Positions 42,771-59,722 of a stretch of DNA of 64,000 nt are shown piece after piece. The notes under the pieces were generated by a model that saw only the letters and a list, made by a program, of their open reading frames with translations, had not been told where the DNA came from and made no database searches. The stretch is from the human T2T-CHM13v2.0 reference genome, Homo sapiens. The translations under genes and the position numbers were made by a program. The stretch is from the NCBI RefSeq assembly GCF_009914755.1, contig NC_060927.1. The stretch is one strand, 5' to 3'. Every line of letters begins with the position of its first letter. The stretch's first letter is position 1.

Positions 42771-45196
42771 GCTATTGTTGTATCTCCAGCTACTCCAAAA
42801 AGAACTTGTAGTATACCCATCCCTGGAGTTCTACTATGGGTTGCATTTCAATCTTTAACATTCAACGAATTTTAAACAATCGGTTTGTTTAGTCACAATT
42901 GTCAGATATACGTCTCGTTTCTCTGCTTTGTCACATTGTAAGTTGATACTTGTGACTCTGTACCTACAAAGATCTGTTTGATATATGCATATAAAGTGTA
43001 CATATAAAAATATATACACACACATATATATATGTGCATATATACTCACACATAATACATTCAAGCATATCTAGTTAAAGAGAATAAGCCAAAAAAAAAA
43101 AAAACGCTACTTAACTATATTCTCTAGTTCACTAATCATTTAAGGAAAATAATTCGAGTTTTCCAAAAATATATCCCAAATGCCTGCCTTTCAAATGTCA
43201 CCAATCCATGACCACTCATTTAAAAACATTACCCCCATATTAGAAAAGATGCTTTTAACTGAGTGGCCTCAACCACTTATAATTTCAATTAAATAACATA
43301 ATTACAGTCAACAATTTTCTCCATTTCGGCAGAAAATATGCCATACCTCAACATAATTTGTCCTTACAACCCAGGAATTTAAGCAAGAGGAAAAACATGC
43401 CAGTGTTAGGAATTCACTACTGACTTTTCTCAGCTTATGGAATCAACTCACACTGACCTCTTATTCTATGTTCCAGCTACATGTTGGTCTTAGTAACTTA
43501 ATTATTTTTTAATAACTTTTGCAGTATTAAATGATTTTGATTGAAACATAAATAAGATTATGTTCGTCTACTACTTACTAATGCCCTACAGAACTCTGTG
43601 GCCAAATCCAGCAGGGCTGTGCTATAGGATGTGTCCATATTATTACTGTATTTGGACTAAAAAGGATAGGTCACAGATCCTTCACAGCCTTCGAGAATGC
43701 TGTGATTATCCTAGCCAAGGGAAATAGGGCAGCTTTCTATTTCAAAAGCAATTTTAATTTATTAACACAAAACTGTTTTCTGGCCAAATCATTCTACTGT
43801 AAAAGGTGAAGATCACTGAAAAGTTTTAAAATATTTTCACAAACAAACCAACAAACCCAAAACTCATTTCAAACATTATTATGGCATAACATGGAGAAAA
43901 GGCAAACAAAATAAAAAGATACCCAAAGACCCAGAGAATAAAACACAGGTTCTCTAAGCGGGGTGCCCACAGAAACTGAAGACGCTGATTTTGTCCACCC
44001 TTTTGCCTTGAAATGACCTTCCAAATAAGGTGTTAGATAACCCAGGTCCATAGACAATAGTGATCTAACCTTGCTGCAAATAAACCACAAAACAAAATTT
44101 AATCAGTATATCACTGTGAGAAAGCTTCTGTCCATCCCCATGGAGCTTCTAATGAATGTTTTGGCAGTTTTGAGGGTAGTTATGCTTCCCAGCTCATCTA
44201 TATCTCATACTGGTTGAGCAAGCTAATGGAAGTGATGTTAGTGGAATCCAATATTAATGCTCTGTATCATGCAAACCTGGATGCAACTGAATATATTATA
44301 CAATTATAGGTAGTATCTAATTCCATAGGTATTAGATACTGTACCCTAAATTAATATTTTAATGAGGACAGTGAAATAAAGACGACAATCCAGGTAAGGG
44401 ATCCATGCATTGCGGCCCAGCTAAGCTCCTTGCTGAAAGAGCGCCGGATTCGGGAGCGAATGGCACAGACACAGGGATTGTGACAAAAATCCGTATGCAA
44501 GCTTTAGATGCTGAGTGACACATACTGATGCACAGAGTCAAAGATGTCATCCTCACACAAGCGCCACTCGCTGTAAGCTTGAGAGAAAATGCAGGGGGAA
44601 AGATGGGGGGGCGTAGTTGCAGTGAGACCTCCAGAAAATAAACAGGGTGTACAGTTTCAAAGGCTGCAGACACAGACATTTCATTGTTCAAGCCAATTAT
44701 CAGTGGAAAATAATAACAACAGATGGATTCAGAGTCACTGACTTTTCATATGCACTTCATCTCGGCGGAACAGATGATGAAACGCGAGAGCTATCTCAAA
44801 AAGGCAAAACATCTTTCAGTAAAAGAACTCTACAGTCCAGATGGGGACCTTCTAAGGCTGCTGATTATCTTCTTATAATGTTGTAAGATAGACCTACTAA
44901 AACATTTCAAGAACTGATCAGATACGATGCGTACAATGGCTTCATTATTGGAAGGAGTCGCCTCAGACTTGTGACTAAACCCGGCAGAGATTTCAATAAG
45001 GTTAGGACTGTAAGTTTCCTGTTTTCTCATCAGGGACTGCAGGTTCCAACTAAAACTGGAAATCTGTGCACAACAGGAGAATAAACTGTCGCCCAAGGAT
45101 CCTACATATTTGCTCTTCTCTGATTTGAGCAAAGGAAAAAAAAATAAACTGGAACTGTAAAAAGGACATTAAATTATTATGAAGCATTCTACCACA

Positions 45197-45197
<1 letters not shown>

Positions 45198-45241
<44 letters not shown>
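45198..45241. repeat. (TG)22 microsatellite
   Basis: Direct reading. Confidence 0.97.
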
Positions 45242-45245
<4 letters not shown>

Positions 45246-47503
45246 ATGGGGGACAGCTCCAAAGCAACTCTTTATTAAAAGCATTCGGTGATAAAATATC
45301 ACCCCTTACATGCATTAGAACATCTTAAATATCCCTTGCCACTGGTGACTGCAAAATAGAATTTCCTTTTAGTAGGGAATAAATATAAATTTCAATGGTG
45401 GTGTAACAGCAATTCTACCAAATGTCAACGAAAACTCACCAACCTACCCTAACCCACTCTCACTCAACTTACTACCAAGTTACGCTTGCTGATAAAACAC
45501 AAGAGGTTAACCACAACCTGAGGGCTTGCTGTAAGTAATGGAAAAAGTTAAATCTCTAATCAGATAGGCCTCATCCTTACTGGAATAACAATGTATCTGT
45601 TCCATGTGTCTGTCTCCTCATCTATCCATCTCGATCCATCCATCCATCACCAATTGCACATTCATAATTTTGCAAAAATTCTTTCCCTGAATTAATATAA
45701 AATATGGTCGAAATCACTGCGCTAAGAAAAAAGAAAAGCTGATTCTCTCAACTATTTACTAACATACTTAACATTTAAAAAATATTTTTATGAACACACT
45801 GTTGACTTCACAAGTTTATAACGTAATTTTTTTTTTTTTTTCTGAGCAAGGCTTTTCTTTCAAAGTACTCTGACAAAAGTAAATTCATAGCAGAACACAC
45901 AGGCACGAAGAAAATATCGCCAAGGGCAAAATTCTGCAACTGCTTTAAGAAGCAAACAAGAACACAAAAGATGTGTAATACAACCATCTGGCTCTCCTCT
46001 TACTATATCAATGCCTCAACCTTATCCCCACCCCCTGAGCCAACCCACACCAATGCCACAAAACCAAATGGCTTCACTTATGTTTCCTGCACAGCAAATT
46101 TACACAATGCAGTTAGAATGCAAAAGTTGATTTTGACACACAAACTAGCATCTTTTGAATTTTCCCCACTTCAATGATTTTGTTGTCGTTATCTGTTCAG
46201 AGTGGGACTTCTTTGAAAGACCACCAAGAACCTCACCATGATAAAAATGTTCTCACATGGACATATCTGTTCAGCCTCAAGAGAAGTCTCCCTGAAAACC
46301 TTAATCTCTGCCATCTTGTGCTTTCTGTTATCATCAGACTTTAGATGTGGACATAAAAAAAAATCCTAAGCTTATTCCAATTAGAACTTTTACTTTTGGG
46401 GGGCACTAAATGGTGGGTTGTTTCCCCAACTTATGATTTGAAATGACTGCACTAATTTTTAATTACCATTCTTGCAAGTCAGCACATTCACTGGAATTTT
46501 TCCTTATTCAGCTCAGTCTACAAACATTTACTGAGCAACTACTGTGGTATTAGAAACATGCTGGACAATGGATGATCAGAATCTATTATTTTCCCGTGTG
46601 CTAGCAGGACTTGCCTGGTACATGAAACCAGCAACTCTACAGTTTATAAAAAATCTTCCACATGCAGGCAGGCTGAAGCATTTTATTTACTTATATACTT
46701 ATTTTTGAAGGCAGATATAACAGACATTTGAAAGTTATAGCCTGTTTGTGGGGATCTAATTGCTTCCAAAAGGTGGGAATGAATACTTTTCATGGAAATC
46801 TCAGTTTGGGTAAAACCAATAAAGCATCATAAATGATTCTCACCAAAGGGCAACAATGTAAAAAATAACTGAAAAAAAATTTCTTCACAGGCAAACTCTA
46901 CTCTTTGCTTTTCTGCAGGGGCATGCTGGAGGCAGACGTTCTCTATCAGGCAAGAGTTCTCAGTCAGAATTAAGGTCTGCCAGGCAGAGGGCCACGTCTG
47001 GTTTACTTCTGTTTTCTCACTGTTGCTGGTCTTCCCCGATTCCTGCCTCCCTCTCCATGTTCCGGGATGAGACTTTGACTGGTTTCTCAAGGGGCTAACT
47101 TTTGGTTCTCTTCTGGGCGTTTCTGCCCAGAGTCCCCTGGTTTGGACAGCAGCAATCGTCTGTAGGACACACACAGTGAATCCAGCCACCGGATGAGGAA
47201 TTCTGCTAATTGTTTAAGCCTGCACTAGTGTCTGGCCACCAGTTGGCAGACACAACTCATGGCTGCCTACCAGGCCTAGGTTAACACAGCTGGAGCCAGA
47301 TGACAGGCTCTCAAAGATATTCCTCTCATGGCCACATCTGGCTCTTGGCGGTTCCCACTGCAGCTGAACTGATTCTGTTTGGTTGTTCTGGGCAAAAAGT
47401 TTAGGCAACAGATAAGTCGTATTAATTTCAGTTTATGACAAAAATATCAGAACATATACTCCATGAAGGCAGGGATTTTATCTGATTTGCATCCCCCTCC
47501 CAC

Positions 47504-47888
<385 letters not shown>

Positions 47889-48976
47889 TGAGTGAATAAC
47901 GCTAATCAGTGTATGAGTGGAACAAAAACATTCCTGTATCTTACTCCAGCTACTCTGTTCCTACTGTTGTACGTAAAATGGCTAGCATGCTCGTGCACAC
48001 AGAGAAGTCCTTGAATGGCTCTACAGCTAGATTTTATTATGGACACGCTCATCTCAAGAATGAACCCATGTACATTGTCAGTATAGCTGGAAAGACCTCC
48101 AACAATCCTTCCCTTCAAATTACCCAGTCTCCCAGAATTACCCACATCCCGACTTTATTAGTCCTTAAACTGAGAAACTTGGCAGCTCTGTGCCCACAGG
48201 GCCTGAGAGTGATCTCAAAGTAGAAACTTACCTTTTGGCCACCACCAAAGTGGGAAATGATGAGGCAACTTTTCCTGGCACCTTTCCATCCCATTTCCTT
48301 TCCCATGCCTCTCTTCCTAAATTCCCTGATATCTGCAGATCCCAGCTCCCTTCTACACTCAACTATGACCCAAGGCGAGGCTTCCCCAAAGCTCACCACC
48401 TCTCTAGCTCCCATTAGAAACACATTTAGAAAAGCCTACGTAATTTAAAACCAGGCGGGGCCCTCCCTCTTGGCTCCTTCACTAGAAAGAAGCCCAACTT
48501 ACAGGCTGTTATGTTAATAATAACTATAAAGCTCCCCTGAGTCCACCAAGGGCTTGCTAAAGGTGAAGGGACACTTAATGGAAGCCTGGCAAGGGTGTAC
48601 GCATATGCTGCTTCTTTCCCAAAAAGAACGTTAACACTCCTAAAACAAGAACGGCTGAACAAGGCAGATGAGTTCAACAAGCTCAGCATCTGGACTTCAG
48701 CGAAAGAAAGGTAATCAAGTGTGCTAGAGGAAGCTGTTGCTGAACTCATCTCCTTTTCTATCATATAAGGCAGCAGGGTGGAGGTATAGATAATTTTTTT
48801 AAGCTAAGTATAAGTTTCTGAAAAGAGTACTGTGTTCACTACGAAGAATTCAGGCTTCAAGCTCCCCTTGGAAGGAGCTGCTTACTTCATTAAAGGTGGA
48901 CCAGAAAGATGAACTCCTAAAATGCCTCTCCTTCCCTGCTTCTGCTATTTGAAATTACTTTAAAAATGAGAGAATA

Positions 48977-49122
48977 AGCTAGGCTCAGTGGCTCACACCT
49001 GCAATGCCAGCTATTAAGGAGGGTGAGGCAGGACGATTGCTTGAGCCCAGGAATTCAAGGCTGCAGTGAGCTAGCATGGTGCTGCCGCACAATAGCCTGG
49101 GCAATAAAGTGAGACACTGTTT
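48977..49122 (+). mobile_element. Old Alu monomer (FRAM-like)
   Basis: Single degraded arm ttgagcccaggaattcaaggctgcagtgagc. Confidence 0.75.
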
Positions 49123-49137
49123 AATAATGGGGGAATA

Positions 49138-49793
<656 letters not shown>

Positions 49794-49959
49794 AAGCTAA
49801 TTCTTTAAAAAGCAGTACAACAGGCTGCAAGTGATTGATATCTACCTATTCATTGGCTGAAAACAGGCTATCAAAAACAACAAAAACAAACAAGTTTTGA
49901 AAGTTAGGAAAGAATTTTTATAAAGGCAAGGCTGAGGTTGTACAGATCAAGTATCTGCA

Positions 49960-50259
<300 letters not shown>

Positions 50260-50359
50260 CGAGTATCTGTATTTCTTAATGCATCCTTGGGCTGCCTCAC
50301 CTAAAACTAAGTATTACAGAATATAGTACTATACAGTATACTTTAGACTAGAATAGTTC

Positions 50360-50580
50360 AGAATTTACAAGCATGGATTCAAGTGCCCAAGTTCTTATTA
50401 GCTCTGGTGCTGACTGACCTTGTGAGCTTAGGCAAATTACCTAAGCTCTCTGTCCCTCAGTGTCCTCATCCATAAAATGGGCTTCATTACAGTGCATTAT
50501 TTGCTTTTGTAGAATAAATGCATTGACATGAATAAGTACTTAGAATAGTGTATGGCACAAAGTGAATGCTCAAAGAAATG
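50360..50580 (+). mobile_element. MIR SINE
   Basis: ttaggcaaattacctaagctctctgtccctcagtgtcctcatccataaaatggg...cttagaatagtg. Confidence 0.8.
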
Positions 50581-50683
50581 ATGGCTGCCGTTATTACGAT
50601 CAGGGATGATATAACTTAAATAAATCTAAAACATCCTACACCTCATTTCTACCATCTCTACAAGTTCTTAAAAATAGCTGGCT

Positions 50684-50984
<301 letters not shown>

Positions 50985-52875
50985 TCTGGCTGTCTGCCAT
51001 GCTACAGGCTGGAAAAATAAAAGAGAATGTATATCAGATTTTAAACTTCTTAAGAACATAGTGCTAAAATAAAATCAAAGTACTTATTTTTTCCCCTCAA
51101 TAGTAGTTGGAGAATTGTAGGTATAAGATTGGGGTCTCACCTACCTCAGTGGAGGCAAGTCATTAGTTACAAAAAAGCTACAAGCCAAAGTTAGCCTTGG
51201 GGCTGCCTGTCCCACCAACTACCAAAAAAGACTTTGGGGAGATGTTCAAAGAAGGAAAGAGGAGAATCCAGCCTGGGACCAAAAGGCATTGAAACACATT
51301 TTCTTGTACTTTTCAAGTCTGTGCATATAGATTCTGTTACTGATTTAGGATCTTAAACAGTTTGTTTATTTTTTAAATGCCTTTCAGCTCACCTTTAATA
51401 ACATGTTTCTTTGACTTGGCTGAACTGTGCCTCAGAAGAATTACAAGCGGGAATAAGGCTGGGATAAGGCTGGGTAAAAGGTTCAGTGAACTAATCCACA
51501 CCTGGTCCATGTAAAAAAAAAAAAAAAAAAAAAAAAGAAAGAAAGAAAAAGAAAAGAAAAAGCTCATATTTTCCATATACAAACAAGCCCCTTTATATGA
51601 ACCAGCCTTTTATTTAATTGCTAAGGCACTTTCCACACCGTACAACCTTTCATGTCCTTCTTCACTTGGGTGGGGAAAAGGCACAGAACCACTTTCCAGC
51701 CACACCAGGGCGCTTTATCAGCAACAGAAATTAATACTCCTATTAATAATGATAGCAAGCACAAACCTGATTCAAAATGGGAAGCGGTAGGTTCATTTAA
51801 GCAGAAATTCCCTGACCAAGTTTTGCCAATAAAAAAAAAGACAAGGATGTCCCCTGAGAACAGATTTGGGATAAACTGTGACAATCTCTTCATCAAAATT
51901 CAGACTTTTTTTCTGCCTCAGTTGCGTGACCCAGACTACTAAGTGGAAGGAATAAGGCATGGATGGGGAAAATCTTGAATGAGAGAGAACAGCAAATATC
52001 TTAGAGCTAAAATGTGCCTCTGAGAGGTCCAGGCAAGCCACTCCTCTGGGAGGGGACTCTGTGTGACCAAGGTCACACAGGTGGTGGGGACGAAAGCAGG
52101 AACTCAAGCCTGTGACTCCCAATTCATAGAGAAAAGCAATGGCTACAGAATATGGCCCCTGGGAACATCAGTCATGTTAAGAGGAGATTTAAGAGGAGGA
52201 TCCTGTGAACAGCAAAGAGGCCAGAGAACAGAAGGAGAAGTCATGAATGTCCCACAGACTGTGCCAGCCCATTGCATCTGAAGCTGGACTTGAACAAGCT
52301 TTACTTTCTCCTATGAAGTCCTTCACTTCCAGGCCCCAGGTATCTTCTATTTGCCTCTTAGTTTTGTTCATAGGAAAATTCTTTTAACCAACTCTGGTTT
52401 GAAGTAAGTGGAAAAGGAGACATTTCCACACTTCCGTTAAGAGGCAGCAAAGTGAAGTGGAGAGATCATTTCATTAGGAGGCAAGAGAGGGCGGCTCTGC
52501 TCCTGGACCCACCGGTATCTCATCTAGGATTTGGGAAGCCCCTTCTCTTCTCCAGATCCAGGCTCGTCACTGGTACAAGGTGGGGTACTCAGGGATGGTG
52601 TTTAATTGCTACAGACGGGTCGCCTGAACAAAGTGCTAAAATGCTGAAATACTTGTGTACTCGCTGGGAAACAGCCCTTGCCCCCAAGCCTCCTGAACAC
52701 ACCCTTGACCAGAACCTTGGACTTTCCTGCCTCCTCCACGGCATGGTGAGGGTTTCCCAGAGCCCTGCTCCAGAGCTAGAGCTAGTGGCCATCGGGATGA
52801 CCACAGCTGTGCTGTACCTGTGAACTATTCTAACCATCACCCCAGATGCTCTGATAGGTCCCTTTCCAAGGCTAG

Positions 52876-53385
<510 letters not shown>

Positions 53386-55959
53386 AGGGCAAATTCTTAA
53401 GGCTAAATTTGCTTCTGAAAACTGGAAAGAAATATACCATTGTGAAACAACTCTCAAAGTAAAATCCTCAGCTCAGAGGGAACCCACCCCAACATATGTA
53501 ATCAAATTATATTTATCATGGAAATTCTAACAGCTCCTACTTTCTACTCCACTTTTACTACCCTCTAGGAAAAGGAATATTTTACTATCCTGTGTTCCAA
53601 ATTTCCACCAGAGAGTTGAAGCATTATACATGCTAAAATATATAGGAAAGGAAAAAAATTCCCATTATTATTTCCTTCAACCCCCTCTACCTTCTATGCC
53701 ACCATTACTCAAAAGTCACTCAAACATTTTGCTGGCTGACATGACGCCACGCTGTCACTTGATCAGGTGTGGAGTACCACATGGAATGAATAAATACTTA
53801 TCCACAACCGCATATTAAATGGGAATTCGCACAGGCGGGCTCTGGAGACAAAGACGTTTCTATACAGAAATATTAACTAAGAATTTAAGTAAATGGCCCC
53901 ACTGGAAAAAAAAAAGTTCTGAAGTAGCAATATAAACTATATTTAATAGCAACAAAAAATATTTTCCTTTTGGGAAAGCAATTTGGGCTTCTAAAAGTTA
54001 CTGCCTTTCACGTGACTTAGTACAGTATGCCTGAATTCTTTCATTTCCTAAAACACAGATGCTAGGCCCCAAAATTCTACTTTGTGAGAGTTAATTTTTT
54101 TTTTATTAATCTTCCCCCAAATACAATACTCAAATAAGAAACTATTTTGGTACCTGTCCCCCCCACACAATTGTTATTTTCTTAAGTGTCTGAGTATAAC
54201 ACGTCCCAAAGAACATATGTTCCTGAGGAAGAAAAAAAACCAGGCTCTAGAACTAATACACAATGAAAAATAAATTTAAAGCAGCCTTCTGGTCTGACAT
54301 AAGAATATAAAAATGATATGAGCAAGAACAGCTTAGTTTACATACTTTTCAGTCACAGCTGCTGCTCCAAAACCACAATACCTTTAAAATGACATTTTAA
54401 GGAAACAGATACGGCGTGGCTTTAGCCATAGTTAGATGTAGCTAACACTGAATTAAAGGGGCTTTTCTTTTTATACACACACTTTATATAACCCTGTACA
54501 CTGGTACAATTAAGAAGAGTAAGTCATTTTTAAAAAATGTAGTGATAAACAAAATGAATTACAAATAATTCTACCCAGCAAGGTTTTTTTTTTTTTTTCC
54601 TTCTTTTTCCTTTAAAATCGCCAGACTCAGGCATGAAAATAGAGTTTCAGGGACAGAAGGAACAAGTCCCCTCTTCTTGGTTAATATTTAATTGGGTGCT
54701 AAAGATTTCTTGGAGAGGACCTCTGTACCTCCAGTGACAGGCATACAAGAGGCTCCTATCTCTGCAAGAGATGCAGGCACTTCCCTGAATAAACGAAAAT
54801 AACATACAATTAAATCAGACTATTCAATTAATAAATTACTTTGGTGGACCTTGCAGGCCAAGTCCTATTTAATTACATAATTTTAAAAATATTTGCACAT
54901 TGCAATCACCGAAATTGGCTTTGAGGTTTCATAATACACACTTAACACTTGAGTTAGAGAACACATTTATTTAATAAATGCAGGCCTAAGTGCTAGAAGG
55001 CCGTACCACTCTAACTGCAAAATCACTTAGCACATCTTCAGAAAAAGCAAATAAACTTTTTCACTATTTAGACGTGGGCTGCTGTTGAATGTCAGGAGAA
55101 GCTGGCTGATTTTTTTGTTTTCTCTGTCATGTGTTGCTTGTAAATCTGACTATTCTGAGAGGTGATTAGAATAGAGCTAATGGACAAAATGGTTCCAGTT
55201 AAAGATAACTTAAAGATAAACTAAGGTGGAAGATGTCAAGGTCCTGGTAGTAAAAACCTCTTCAGAGTAAAACAAAGAGAAGTCGTATTAACTCCCCATT
55301 TTTCACTTCTTGGAATACCAAAATACACCATAAATTAACATGGTTACTGAGCGTAAAGATGTGTTCCATTAGGAAAGCACACACAAATTCAAGGATGAGG
55401 AGGACATTCATAAACAGAATAGAATTACAGGGTACCCCAAAGAGGGCAGAAACATTTCAAAGTGACTCTGTTCCCTATAGTTGTACTGGAAGTCGTGATT
55501 TTGCCATTAACTGAAGTTTTCTAGAAAACCACTTGACCGCTTTACTGCCACAACTTTTTTTTGATAGAAATCTTTGTCAAACACACACATTTTCAAATAA
55601 CCATTGCACACCTTACACCCACAATGGCCTCAGAGCTTTTTGAGCTGTGTGGGGTTGACTCTCTTTACACCAAAAGCCCCCATACCACCACAATAAGGGT
55701 TATTTTTGTTGCTGTTTGGGGGTCTTCTCCTTAAAGATTTCTGTCATAAATATATGATCGAGCCTGCTGTGTGCTTTCATTTGCCTGCTTCTAGAAACTT
55801 CTATGCTAAATTCCCAAAGCCTCTAAGTTGCTACTAACTACTATGCTAACTATGAATTCAGAATTCATAGTTCTGAAATTTAAAAAAAGATTTAAATTAA
55901 ACTGAAAAGAAAGATTCTGGTGTGACTTTATAATCTCTGTTCAGTGATGAAACAAAAAT

Positions 55960-57135
55960 TCTTTTCACAGTCTCATAGCCCCCTACTCTCTCCTCCCTTT
56001 CAAAAACTTCTGTAAAGAGCTGCTATACTCCCTGTCTCCACTTATTCATCTTCTAAACATCCTGCAGCCCACACCATGCCACTGAAACCTCTGTTGCCAA
56101 AGTCATTAAGTTTTCAGTCCCTTTTGTTTGATCCATAGGCTGCATTTGGCAGAGTGCACCCTCCCTTCTTCTCAAACAGTTCCCATTTCCAAGCAGTCTG
56201 CCTGTAACATTGGCTCTCCATGATCTACAACCTTCTTCAGCACCCTCTTCTCCGCCAATCTGGTTCTTCTTCCTTGGGCCTTCCCTCAGTGAATGCTACC
56301 ACCACACGCCTAGCCAATGGGGCCAAACACTCTGGAGGCACATTTGACTCCTCCACCACATCCAACAATGACATCCACTCCATTCTCTTTCCTTCACCCT
56401 GACCAACACTTGCCGGCCCACACAAGGGTGCCTCCCACGACTCTGCAATTCCCTTGTGAAGGCTCTTTCCTGCCTTTGGTTTTGCTCTCCTCAAACCTAC
56501 CCACGGGGAAGACAAACTCATCTTGCAAAATGTGAATGTACAACGTTCCATCAATTCCCAGACAGCTTCCCCAGTCACACCTTAATATTTTTGACATTAG
56601 GACGCATCTCAACATTGACATGGATGCTTAACGTTGCATGCTTACCCACGCACATCCCATCCCAGCTGAACAATTTCTTAGCTTTCTAAGGCCCGGAAGG
56701 CCAAGGGGAAGCATCTAGAGGTATTCAAAAGGCTGTGCTGGATGTTAGCCGCTGCTTGGTCCTCTGCTTGCACTTTTTTTGCGGCTCTGGAACCACCATT
56801 CTACCACGGACAGACACTCACATACACACCCTGTACAGTCTTGTCTCTAAGCCGCTGCACAGATCTAGCCTACCACCGTATTGCTCTGCCCTCTTTCACC
56901 TAAGAAATCCCACACATCCCATATAACTCAGGCACAAATACCACTTCCTCCAAGAAGTCCTCCCTAACCTCCCTTTAGATCAATGTCCCTGTTATCTATT
57001 CCCTTTGTACACAGTACTTGTCCTAATACAGGCATGACTCCATTTTATTATAATGGTCTATTTAATCAATCATTTCTCTTGCTAAGCTCTATCCCAGTCT
57101 ACAAAAGGCACTTAATAAATCTTGAATGAATAAAG
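55960..57135 (+). mobile_element. Degraded L2
   Basis: ccactgaaacctctgttgccaaagtcatt...cctcccttcttctcaaac...ccacttcctccaagaagtcctcc...cttaataaatcttgaatgaat. Confidence 0.65.
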
Positions 57136-57548
57136 TAAAAGCTGATGAATTTCAGTAAACAACGTTAACGGCAACAATTTTTCCTTCTTTGGTTCCTTCA
57201 TAAAATCAGCTCTTCTCCATCTTTGTTCCTCTCCCTACTACAATGGTTCAGCAACACGCGGCCAAGCAAATCAAGTCTGCATAGTATTTGTTCATACCTC
57301 TGAAGATATAAGAAATGTGTCACAGCTAATATTTATGTGAATGACTGAGATATAATTTGAACAAAAACTCTTCCGTTCCCTTGAAGTAAAATCATCTTAT
57401 TGTTTATGATACAGTGCAAAGGAAATAGAATGAGCAAGGAAGCTATAAGAATTTAATCAAGTCGACTTCTTATAAATAAGAATTGAGATTCACTATGCAC
57501 CCCTAATTACCCTCCCGCTACTAACAGTGTCCTAATTTAGACTGTACC

Positions 57549-57585
57549 AAAAAAAAAAAAAAAAAAAAAAAAAAAGGAAAAAAAA
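57549..57585 (+). repeat. Poly(A) tract
   Basis: Long A run interrupted by GG. Confidence 0.95.
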
Positions 57586-57879
57586 CGCTTTCAGATAGTA
57601 AGACGATTTTGCATTAAGGTCTCAGATGAGCCTTAGTGCCATTCCCTCTCTTGGGCTGTGGTCTGCTTAACTTCAGCTTTAATGATATCACGCTTCCCAC
57701 TTTGACAAAATCAAACTTCGCAGTTGGCCTTCAAAACAGTGTGGAAGAAAGAGTTGTCATGGGACAAACCAGTGACCTCTAACCCTTGGCAGATTTGGTA
57801 ATGAAGACAAGAAATCTGGTATGAGCCAGCCATAGCCCCAGACTCAAGAAATGGTGTCATTTAAGTGACCATGGAATAA

Positions 57880-58372
<493 letters not shown>

Positions 58373-58669
58373 TGATTATAAAGTTGCCTGCGTCACTTAA
58401 CTTTGCTGATCTTCACTTTCTTCATCGGGAAAATGGGGTAATGAGATCTGTGTGTCAGATGTGAGAATATGTGTTATACTCATAAGCAGGATTTTTATTT
58501 GTATATGTGTAGAGAGGTGTATAAACTACAAAAGATGAAAATTTTTGATACAACTCTTACATCATTCATTCCGTTGTTTAGCAGACTTTAGGGAACACCA
58601 TTCTGTACTATATGGAATAAAAACATGAATAAAACTAGGCCGCTGCCCTCAAGAAGCTCATATCAACAT

Positions 58670-58876
58670 CTGGGCTATGAAAAACAGTAGTCATTAGCCA
58701 CATGTGGCTTTTAAGTTTAAATAAATTAAAACTAAATATAACTAAAAATTCAGTTCCTCAATTGCACCAGTCATATTTCCAGTGTCAAAAGCCACATGTG
58801 GCAATCAGCTATCATAGTGGATAGTGTAGATATAGAACATTTTCATCACTGCAGAAAGTTCTATGGGACAGCTCAG
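58670..58876 (-). mobile_element. MER3 (hAT-Charlie)
   Basis: agccacatgtggc twice; aaaattcagttcctca; tatagaacattttcatcactgcagaaagttctat. Confidence 0.88.
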
Positions 58877-59286
58877 GTCTAGAGAAAAAAGTACAGTGTG
58901 TAGGTACATTTTAACCTACTGTGATAGGTGACAAACTGGCAGCAGAAGAGGTTTTCTCATGGAGCCAGTACCTTTGAAGGATGGTAGGCTTCATTTTTAT
59001 AGGACAGAAAACAGGAGCCAGGTGGAGCGAGGCACACATGCAAAGGTGCACTGTCATCAAGGGGCATTCGGAGCTCCAGGAGGGGTAAACTATTCTTGGT
59101 GACCGGCATGGAATTATATGGGGGAGCAGTGGCCACAGAGAAGTCTGGAGAAATTAGGATCCAACTATGAAGGTCTCCCAAGCCAAACTAGAAGTCTGGA
59201 CTTACTGTGGAAAACAGAGATGCGGATGCAGTAGAGTGACCACTGGATGTGTTTTGTAGAAAACCAACTATGCTGACAAAGTACAG

Positions 59287-59722
<436 letters not shown>

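Noticed and set aside
56237-56578. 113-aa minus-strand ORF
   Set aside because: Reverse frame of a degraded L2.
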